Under the pieces are notes generated by a model that was not told where the DNA came from, did not search any database, and saw nothing but the letters and a program-made list of their open reading frames with translations. Below, in pieces: positions 15,201-27,200 of a stretch of DNA of 64,000 nt. The translations under genes were made by a program, and so were the position numbers. Origin of the DNA: Antedon mediterranea (taxonomy: Eukaryota > Animalia > Echinodermata); the NCBI RefSeq assembly GCF_964355755.1, contig NC_092679.1, positions 712,201-776,200 on the forward strand, given 5' to 3'. Numbering within the stretch: position 1 is the first letter of the stretch; each line of letters starts with the position of its first letter.

Positions 15201-18200
15201 CAGGTATGTCTTAATTATTAGATTTTATATATCAGTGATAGGCTTATATTCTTTCATATATTTCATCTTATGTAGAAGATAAAAATATCTTAAGTGTGCA
15301 AACTACTACAATCCTACTAGGAGGAAGCTAAAGCTCTGTCTACACTATCAAACTTTATGTGACAAAAAAATGTGATGTGCCCATATATGGACACGATGAT
15401 GTCATACCACTACCATATTTGAGCATGTACATCACACTTTTTTTGTCAAACTAGTTTGATAGTGTAGACACAGCTGAAGACAGTTCAAAAGAATTCATAC
15501 TGCACTGTCTATACTACAGTAAGACCAAAGTGCCTCAAACTAACGTTAAACTTAAAACATTCATTTAATAATGTTTACTTTTATTATTTTAGGTGTTGTA
15601 ACTGGCATTGGTTTCTGGGAGCTGATAACCAGCACAGTTGACACATCATTCCAAAACACTGGTCTACCAACCTACTCCACCTATCAGTACAGAGTCACAG
15701 TTTACAATGATTATGGTTCTATGATCAGTGACCCCTCCCCTGAGGTCACAACCCTTGCTGGGGTACCACAAACAGGAGGTACCATCATAGCTGAAGCCCT
15801 TGACCATATTAGTGTTTTGGTGAACTGGACCACACCATGTAAGTTTCTTTTTTAATGCTAATAGTAAATTTATGATTATCATTAATTATCAAATTATCCT
15901 CTGTGAATGCTTATTGATAAAACAATTTAAAGGTGCCAGCTTTTGCTTGCTTGTGGTAATCTTGTTTTTCATACTTTATTGTAGTTTTTACTTCTTTTAA
16001 TATTTATTGTTATGAATTTTGTGTGAAAAATAAAGATTACTCAATTGACCTTTTAAATTTACTTTCATCGGATTTTACGCCATTTATTTAACTTTTCTTC
16101 CATTCATCTCAAATAGCTGTATCACAGTTGCAAGGAGATGTTGTAGAATATTTTGTTGTGTTCAACACTGCAAGTAGTGAAGAACAGAGTACAAGTTATC
16201 CACCTGCAACTAATGCTGCAGTAATTACTGGACTACAACCTAATTCATACTATGAATTCAGAATAGTAATCTACAATGGTGCTTACAATGTCAGCAGTGG
16301 ACCAGTGACTGTGGAAACGTTAGATGGAGGTAAAATATAGTATTACAGTTATTATTGAATTTTGGCTGAGAGTGTCTCTGATGTTGTCTTTTGTTTTGGC
16401 AGTTTTAGACAAGTTTATGTGTACATTTAGTCAGAATTTCAAGCAATGTTTTACAATAACTTATATAGGGCTTGATTGTTAATTAAAAACAAGGATGTTC
16501 AATTTAGATTTTTGTAAGCACTTTGACTCGAAAAGCTTCTTGCTTGTCACAAACAAAAATAGACACCATAAAAAGAAACAATCAAATAATAAAATATGAT
16601 AAAATGGGTAATGGACACCTAGAGGATAAAATACAAATGTAACAAATATTAAAATTCTATATAAGGGCAAATATTATTTCTTTTTGCAGCTCCAGAAGGC
16701 TTTGACATTCCAACAATTCATGTGATAAGTTCAACCTCATTGAGGGTCATCTGGACCGAACCAAGCACTCCTAATGGAGACATTCAAGCCTACAATGTGT
16801 ATGTTGACGGTCTGAATGTGGCAAGTGTGCCTCCTACAACAATGTCACATGTTCTCTTTGACTTGGAACCATACACAGTTTACTCTATTCAGGTAAATCT
16901 ATAGTTTGTGTTTAAAGCTCTGTCTACACTACCAGACTAGTTTGACAAAAAAGTGTGATGTGCCCAAATATAGTAGTGATGGGCACATCACATTTGTTTG
17001 TCACATAAAGTTTGATAGTGTAGACAGAGCTTTTGAAGTGGTGATTTTTAAACTTTAGTTAGCATTAATGATGATAAATTTATTTACAGGTTGAAGTGTG
17101 TACTATCTATGATTGTCTGCGAAGCCCAGCTGCTCAGACCACTACCACTGAAGCTCTACCGATGGGATTAGCGCCCCCAAACTTGCGTGTTCTTGGTGAC
17201 GATACTATAGATATCAACTGGGCTGAACCTAGTCAACCAAATGGAATTATTACAAAGTACGCCCTCTTTCGACGATCTCTAAGACCTTGTGATACGTAAG
17301 TTCATTTTGTGTTACTTTCTTCTGTCTACTTATTTGCATATACCGTACTTAAGTTTATTTTATGCATTGATTTTTATTAGTAACATTAACATTAATGTTT
17401 TATGTCCTCTGTTATGATATTAAAACATAATGATAATAAATATTTTGTGCACCAATAGTGTACAATTTCAAATGTTTTTTTTTTAAATGTCATCTTTTTT
17501 ATTATTTTTAGAGGGGAAGAGGTTGCTGAAAAGGTGTGTCACTATATTGAATGTGGAGTTTCTGAAAGTATATGTGGGTCCCAGTGCTACTCTGGAAACA
17601 AGGTTAGACATTTAAAAATTATTTAAAAATTGAGCTTTGTAAATACATGCCTGCCAGTAATTAATTATTGCATGCTCTATGTGTGCTATAGATACACTTA
17701 ACAAAACACAAAGAAATGCTAAACAAACACGAAAACCTACACCTGTTAAATATGCAAATTAACGTTCAGTCTGTGGATGTAAAGTAGGAATTAACAACAG
17801 AAAATTAAACTAATACTTAGCATAAAAATGCTTGTATATATTAAGACTTAGGAGAATATGTTTGATTTTGTATTAAGGTATGCTGCAGTGGTGAGCTGTA
17901 TGACTTCCAAATTGGATTTGAATGTTGTGAAAGCAACTACCTGACAGCAAGAACGAACCCAACGGACGTCTGCTGTGGTGGTCAATTCCGGCCAGCTCAG
18001 TCTAACTACCAATGCTGTAATGGTCAGTATGTGGCGGTGTTACCCAGTCAGATTTGCTGCGCTGATCCTGACGAGGATAGGATTGAAATAGGGGCTGGGG
18101 ACACGTGTTGTGGGGGGATACCGTATGCTGCTAATGGCCCTCAGATATGTTGCGGAGGTAAACAAACTATTTTAAAACTCAGTTTATTTACAGTTTACTA

Positions 18201-21200
18201 TGTGTTTTTTTTTTCAATTTTTGGTTCAATTGTTTTTTTTGTTACAGCTTTGTTCATGTTTATTTTATGTTTTGTTTAAAAGTGAAATATTTATTTATAA
18301 ATGTCTATGTGTTTAAATTCATAATGTATTTGATGTTTATTTTGTACCCAACAAAAGTCTATGTACCTGTATATTGGAAATTGTTTTGCTTAATTAATTT
18401 AATTGTTATAATTGGAAATGTTTCTCTTTGATGTTAAATCTTATATTGTAAGTGAAGCAAGTTTATGAAATTACAAGTTTGTTGTACAAAAGATGAAATA
18501 AGTTTATGTATTTGATTTTAATGTGTGTGGTTGATTTTCAGGCGCATTTTTTGATAGTCAGCAGGGTTTGTGCTGTGATGCCACTTATGTTTCTTTTGAG
18601 GGTAAATGTCATTTCTGTCGCTTTGTTTTGTAATTTCTTCTTGTGTGTGTCACTTGTGTGATGGTAATACTGTACCATGATTATTGAAGTAATTTATATA
18701 ATAATAATTACATACTAATTGCAACATTTTTAATTATTTGATTTATCAGTTGAAGTGTGGTTTTTAATTTCATCTTGTGTGTGTCAATTGTGTTCACTTG
18801 TCACGTGTTATGGTAATAATTACCTAAATAATTTATACTAATAATAATCGCATACTAATCTAATTTCAACATTTTTAGTTTAGTAGATTTTTTAGTTTAA
18901 GAGTAATTTGTAATTTTACTAAATAACAGTAAATTTTTATTTTTTTTTTGCCTAAATGTATTTGCTTTTTAGTGGATCATTTATACCTAAATCATGTGAT
19001 TTATTTTTTGTGTAAACAGAATAATTTACAGTGAACACTTCCAAAAACTTTACATGACACATCAATATAAACTAACTATTAATACTAATTATTTGTGTTA
19101 ATGATACTAATCTTAATCATCTTTCCAAATCATCTAAAATGTTTTCATTTTCTCTAGTAATAGTCTGTTATATGTTGATTATATGAGACTGCTGTGCCAA
19201 CTTTAACTCTTCCTAATTCTATATATATCCCCTTTCTTCAACAACAGGTACTTTTTATGATGGCTTCAATGCCCACTGCTGTGGTTCAACTATTATTAGT
19301 GTGAATCAAGTTTGTTGCGGTACGGGGGACAATGTTCGGACTTACACCCTTGACCCCTCAAAAACATGTTGCAATAATGTTTACGAAAATGCAGACAACA
19401 TGCTTTGTTGTACCAACAGTGAGGGACAAGAGAAAGTAAGTACAAGTGCTTATATCAGTGGTAGTAACAGTTTAATTAAATATATAAATATTTCAAATGT
19501 TTGTTTATTGGGCCCTTGGTCATAATTACAATATTCAAATTTTTAATTTTTAGGCACATGTTTATGTAAATCTTGATGAGAAACTTTCAGCCAATGAGCA
19601 GTGTTGTAACTTAGAGGTAATCCCAAACACTCATTCATGCTGCAATGGGATTGGCTACAATCAAGCTACACACATTTGTGCAGACCGTAGCACAACTGCC
19701 AGGGGTAACTGTGCATCAGGAACCATCTGTCCCGTTAGCCAGGCATTCTCTGCTTATTGTAACAGGTAAACTACTCAATCTTCTTATTTAAAATTAATTT
19801 TTATTGTTATTATTACCTCCGCCAAGGAGGTTATGTTTTCACCCATGTATGTTTGTGTGTGTGTTTGTGTGTGTTTCTGTGAACAGCCTGGAGGCCACAG
19901 TTTTTATCCGATTCTCACCAAATTTGGCAACAATGATCTATGCTCCAAAAGCTCGGATGAGTTCGAATTTGAGGGGAAAAGGTCATAGGTCAAGGTCACA
20001 ACTAACAAAAAACTATTTTACTGCCTAGAGACCACAGTTTTTATCGGATTCTCACCAAACTTAGCCACAGTGATCAATGACACATCATATAATTGTGGTT
20101 AAATTTTGAATGGTCAGGGTCAAAGATCAAGGTCCACAAAAAACAAACAAAAAAGAAATTAAAAAAAAAAAAAAAAAAACCTCAGTGGGACTTGAACCAG
20201 CGATCTCAACTGTGAGAGGCTGGATACATAACTATTACACCACACTGTCATCCACAACTTTATAGTGTGCAGTTAACATATTTACACTTAGAACTAATAA
20301 AAAAAAATGTAAAAAAAAAATATTCAGGGGGCATTTTATGTAGGGGAATTTTACAGTAGGCGGAGGTTTGTACTCTCGGAGTACCCTCTAGTTGTTTTTA
20401 TTATTGATATGATGTTTTCTCTGAACCAAAACAATCTATGGTATGTAACATTAAATTGTTTTATTTTCTTTTCAGATGTGACTTTGACACAAACCTGAAT
20501 ATATGTGGCACTGTAGATGATCAATATTTAGATGATATTTACATACCAGTCCAGGGCGGTGTTTGCCCTTCAACCCTTGACACGATCTACGAAGGTGGAC
20601 CAACTACATACACTTTTTTTGGTAAGTTTCACTTTCATATAAATTATTTAAATGAATGATGTAATGATAAAACATGAACATTTGGTGATGAAATTGTTAA
20701 TAAAATGTGTTTCTTATGTTTTAGATCAAGGCCTATCACCATACATTACCTATCAATACTCAGTAGCTGTTTACAACAGTGCAGGTAGCTATACCAGTGA
20801 TTATGCAAACGCTACAACTGAAGAAGCTATTCCAAGTGGTGTACAACCTCCCACTGCTACGATCCTACCTGGTGTATTGGACACTATCATGCTGAACTGG
20901 GATGACCCTCTTTATCCTAACGGTAATTTTAGTTTTTAGTATTTCCTAGTTTTTCGGGGTTTTTTTCAAATATGAATAAGCTGAAAAGTTTTGTTGATGT
21001 AGAATAATAGAGAATGTGAGAAACTATCAAACACATTATTATGATTATCATTTTCTCTCTTATCATGCACTAAGATGACCCCCTATATCTTAAAGGCCAA
21101 TTTACACAGACAAGCGGTAACGGTAATAAAAATATAGAATCAATGTTATTCCTTATAAAAGGCGGAATGGACGGGCGGTTTCCACTCAGGATAGATTCTA

Positions 21201-24200
21201 CGTGGGACAAGCTATGCGGTATTCCGCTTACCATTACCGCTTGTCTGTATAAATTGGCCTTAATGATAATTTTATTTCTTGCAATTTCTTAAACTTTTTT
21301 TTAATTTGAGAAACAGAAAAAATAATAATCACATTTTTTCTCTTAGGTGTCATTACATCTTACATCATCAGACGAGATGGAATTGAAATCTACCGAGGTA
21401 TTGGGAATTCATTTTCAGATCGTAATGGTATCCAACCTTACCAACATTACACATACATCGCGAGTGCTTGTACGCGAGTAGGATGCACTGACAGTAAAAG
21501 TGTAAGTTATCATTTTGTTTCCTATTAAATAGTTTACATATTGTAGAATAGAAATTGTTCTTTTTTGTTGATCCAATAGATTGAAAGTACTAAAAATGGT
21601 ACTTACAACAACGTTTTGCAAACAATCAGTTTGCTTTCTCACGTAGAATGTTGATCTTGTTTACAGTCTGGTCAATTTGTCACCTCGGTGTGTTTTAGGG
21701 AACTGTGTTTTTCTTCTGCGACATTGATGTTGGTCCCCCACTTGTTTTCCTGGATCTATTGGATCAACAAAAAAGACATTTTTTTTATAATATTAGGATC
21801 CAAATGAAAGAGTTTACAGATTAATTTTCAAAAATTAGAATGATTGTGTATGACCAGGATATTCATAACATTCCACCAAACAAATTACATTATTTTATCT
21901 TATTTCCATACAGGTGGTAGCAGCTACATTACAAGCCAAGCCTGAGGGTGTATCTAACCCTGTGGTTACCCCAATAAGCTCAATGTCCATGAGGGTGACC
22001 TGGGTTGAACCAAGCGTTCCTAATGGTGTTCTACAAGACTATAAAATCTACCTAACTGGAGTGGAGTTACCAATTTATGTAACAGCTCCCAACAGATTTG
22101 AATACATTCATAATGGTATGTTTCATCTATTTTGTTTGTATTGATGACACAATATCTATTCATTTGTTTATGTACTTTTTTTATCAACACATCAAAACAA
22201 GTGCTTACTTTACTTGATACAATCAATTCAATCCAAAAAATGTAAAGCTCTGTCTACATTATCAAACTAGTTTGACAAAAATATGTGTGCCCAAATATGG
22301 TAGTGATATGGTGTCATATATGGGCACATCATATTTCTGTTGTCACATAAAGTTTGATAGTGTAAACAGAGTTTTAGACTCACTGACAGCATGATCCAGA
22401 TACAACTGATTGAATAAATAGGAGACCTACTAGATAGTGTTTGTCTCTGCCTGGTTGTGTGTGTTGTTTATTTCTTGTTCCTTGTCTAAGTTTTGTATTT
22501 AATTTTTATGGAAATAAAATAAATGAAAACAGTTTCTAATTTATCCTAATGGTTGTTTTTTTTTCACATTCTGTAGACTTAACTCCATTCACTCAGTATG
22601 AATACACTTTAGAAGCTTGTACAGAAGCAGGTTGCACAGCTAGTAATCCTGTGACTAGTACAACGCTAGAGGGCATACCAGATGGTAAGTAGTTGATAGA
22701 AACATGTGGAGAGACTCAATGTATGGGGGGAGAAGAAGGAAACAATTCAATATGGGGAAATGTAGAACTCTCTATTCTAATCTCTGCATTCGTGCTCATA
22801 ATCAGAGATGGGAACAAGATCACAAACAGTAATCTAAATGTTTTCAGTCTTTACAACTTAAGGCCAATTAACACCGCGTAACTTGTCACACATAGAATAT
22901 GTATCTATCCTGAGCGGAAACCACCCATCCGCTCCGCGTTTTGTGTAAATGTTCATTAAGAATAACATGGATTCTATGTCTTTTATTACCGTTACTGCTT
23001 GTCTTAGTAAATTAGGCTTTAAACTGTTTATTTGTTACCATAATGTAATGAAGCATACTTTTTCTTTCATAGGTTTATCTCCTCCGGTACATGTCACAGT
23101 GAGTTCAACAATATTGGAACTTTATTGGAGTGAGCCAGAATTTCCAAATGGTGAGGTCTCCCTCTACAGGCTTTTCAGACAAGATCAACTCATTTACGAA
23201 GGAAATGACTTTATGTACATAGACAATGGACTCTCTCCAAACACGCGTTATGAATACATTCTGCAAGCAGCCACTTCAGCAGGCGCTACTAACAGCTCCA
23301 AGTACGTCGTCCAGACACATCAAAGCACCCCAGAAGGGATCCCGATTCCTACGCTTTCCGTCTTAAGTTCAACTCAGATTAGGGCTACGTGGTCTACACC
23401 GTTGTTTCCTAATGGCAATATACAGGTGTATGGAGTTGTTATCATGAGCGGATCGCCAGACCAATTTACAAAGTTCTCTGGTCAAACACTTTCGTACTTA
23501 ATAACTGGCCTAGATCCATATACGCAGTATAATGTTCGTGTACAGGCCTGTAACGAAGGCGGATGTGGTCACGGTCCAAAAGCATATGCCACCACATCGG
23601 AAGCAAGTCCTCAAGATCAAGAACCACCAAACTTAAAGGCAACAGGTCCATCAGTTATTGAAGTCACATGGGAACCACCCCTCAAACCAAATGGAATCAT
23701 CACCAACTATCAAGTATACCGTCGTACATATGGCAGGAGTCAGGAGTTTCTCTCGTATGTCGGATCAGCTCTTTCCTTTATCAACGCTGCGCCAGAGCTT
23801 GTAGCCTTTACACTGTACGAGTACAAAGTCAGAGCCGAGAATTCCCTAGGGTATATTGATAGTGATTGGGCAGCTGTCAGAACCCTAGAAGCCCCACCAC
23901 AAGGGGTACAAGGACCTTTGGCATTGGAAGCAGTCAGTCCATACGGTGTTAAGGTTCAGTGGAACGAACCGGCAACACCTAATGGTGTCATCACAGCTTA
24001 TAGGATTGAATACCAACAAGTATCAACTGACCCAACTCTGACATACCCTGTTGAAACTGCAGCTACTGTCGCAGGGATCATACGAGAGGCAACATTCTAT
24101 GGCCTAGCTCCATACACATCTTACCAGGTGCGTCTCGTAGCTGTGAACAGTGCTGGAGAAGGAAAAGGTTCATGGGGTAATGTTAAAACGGCAGAGGGCG

Positions 24201-27200
24201 TACCGGCTGCCATCCCATCGTTTATCGTACAGAAAGGAAGCGATGGCCTTCATTTAATTCTTCGATGGAACGAACCTGGACAAGTGAATGGCAACATTCT
24301 TGCTTATAATATATACCAAGATATCTATTTAACGGAGCCGATATATACAGGTCTTCAGAGAGAGTTTGTCTTCCGTAGGCTGATGCCGTACACGGAGTAC
24401 ACTCTAATTTTGGAAGCTTGCACAGGGGCTGGATGTGGAAGAGGAGAACCTCAAACAGTAGTAACAGCAGCAGTGCTACCAGAAAATCAAGGTGCTCCAA
24501 CCATTGAATTTGTCAATGCTACACAAGTAACCTTATCGTGGGAGCCTCCAATTTCTCCCAATGGTCCGATTACAAGGTATGACATTCTTCGAAGGTCATC
24601 AGTTTTGAATCGACGTAGAAAACGTGACACAGATGATAGTTCATTTACACAGACAAATATTGTTCATGTAGAATACAACACTGACTCGGATGACTACGCT
24701 TTTACGGATTCCCAACTTCGACCTCACACTCTATACGAGTACAAGATCATAACATACAACACAATTGGATCAACCGACAGTGGATGGGTTTCCATACAGA
24801 CTGATCAAGCGGCGCCAACTTACGTTGACCCACCCTCTGTCAATTTTATCTTGGACAACCCAACGTCTCTTATCATTCAGTGGACAGAACCAGAAGAACC
24901 AAATGGTGTCATACAGGTTTATGTTCTGGAGAGGAACGAGACATCACGATTTACATTCCCTGCAGAGTTTCTGAAGACCAATGACACTGATTTAGAAGCC
25001 TACACTGTGTACTATTATACACTAAGAGCTTGTACTGCTTGTTGCTGTACAACTAGTGACAGGACATTTATCAGAACCTTAGAAACAGCACCAGTGTTTG
25101 TTGACCCACCAATTCTAGTCACCGTAAGCTCCACTGCTATTCAAGTCTCTTGGAATGTTCCTTCACTTCGATACGGAGAAATTATTCGATATGAATTAAA
25201 AGTAGACGGACAAGAACAGTATAGAGGATTGGACCTGGAGACTGTTGTTAATTCTTTGACTCCGTACCAAGAGTATACCTTCACTGTTGTGGCATGTACA
25301 TCAGGTGGTTGTACTGAAAGTGTGCCGTCATTAGGCAGACCATTTGAAGCGTCCCCTCAGCAAATGAATCCACCATCGTTACGAGTACTCAGTGCTACCG
25401 CTGTTGAAGCCTCATGGACCGTTCCATTATATCCGAACGGGGAGATCATTAATTATGAATTACGCAGGGATGGGCGGTTAGTTTACAGTGGATTGTCTTT
25501 GATATTCCCAGACTTTGGCGATGGTGGTCGTGGACTTATTCCAGGTCAGGAATATTCATATGTAGTTGCTGCTTTCAACAGAGAAGGAACTGCTGTTAGC
25601 AGCCCTGCTGTAATTACAACATCATCATCGTCTCCAGCTGGTCTTATGGCTCCTGTAGTCACTGCCTTAGGCTCAACATCAATCAGTGCAACATGGGTAC
25701 CACCACTGTATCCAAATGGCGATATCCTTAACTACACTCTTTATTTAGATGGTTCAACTGCGTTTTCTGGTCTTCAGTTTAGTTATGTTGTCGGAAATCT
25801 TTTCTATTTCACACTTTATGAGTTCCGTATTAAAGCCTGTACAGAATCTGGTTGTGCTCTCAGCGACAGAGCCAGCACTCGTACTCTAGAACATCCACCA
25901 TCAGGCCAATTAACACCAAGCTTAACTCCTCTTGCTGACTCAAATGGGATTGCTAGTGGTATATCAGTTGAGTGGGGTCCTCCTCAACAACCAAATGGTA
26001 TCATATTGTACTACCAGCTGCAAAGACGGCAAGTGTTCAGAACAAGTGGAGGACGTGGAGAAACATACCTTTTACAAAATGGGACAACTTTGTCATACAT
26101 TGATGAAGATCCAACATTAGAACCAAATATGGAATATGAATACAGAGTGACATCGTTCAATACTGCTGGACAAGTAACAAGCTCTTGGGCAGTAGTGAGG
26201 ATGTTGGAAGCACCACCAGAGGTAAGTCAACATAAATTTTAAGAGGCATTTTATATCATTCTTATATTCTTACTCCTGAGGATGATCAAAGTATATTGAT
26301 CGAAACATTGAGAGATTTGACTTTTTTTTTCAGAACTATATATACATGGTGTACCGCAAACTTTATATCAACATGTCATACTTATTCATTCAAATTTTTA
26401 AATAATTCTTCACTTAGAATAAATATTCTTAACCTATCAGGATTTTGTTTGTTTTCTGCAGGGTTTGGAACCACCAACATTTTCTCTGATAACGTCCATG
26501 TCATTACTAGTAAACATCCAAGAACCCGTAAAACCAAACGGAATCATTACAAGCTATGCTGTCATTAGGAACTCAACTGAGGTAAGTATTAATTTAAAAT
26601 GAATGCTGATATCCATGGAAGTTGTTACATTGAATACAGGATTTCAACAAACCAAATAGAAAATAGACAGCAGTATATCCATATCCTATATGTACTTCAT
26701 ATTTTGTATGGCATATTCAGTGTTGGTATTTATCATGTACAATACCACCTAAATTACGAGTGAGAATCAATATCATAAGGCATTTAATGAAAATGCAGAC
26801 AATCTTAAAATTATATGACATGTTTATATCTTGCAATGTCATTTGTTGGCTTAAAGTTTACACTCAAGTGTATCCTATAGAATAGTTGCATACTATTCAA
26901 CCTTAATTGCTATAATTTCACTCTTGTTTCAGCTTTCCAGAACCACGTCAACTAGCTATTCTGATGAAGGACTTGAACCTTTCACCTACTACGCATACAG
27001 CGTGAAAGCATGCACATCAAGGGGCTGCACCACCAGTGATCCAGGCTATGTGCAGACCATGCAGTCCATACCAATAGGCCTAGCAGCACCAGTAATAGTA
27101 AAGGAAGGAGTTGACTTTATCATGGTATCTTGGCAAGACCCCATAGAGACCAATGGCATTATAGAAAGGTACTTTTGTCAGAGATTTCCTATAGTAAAAA

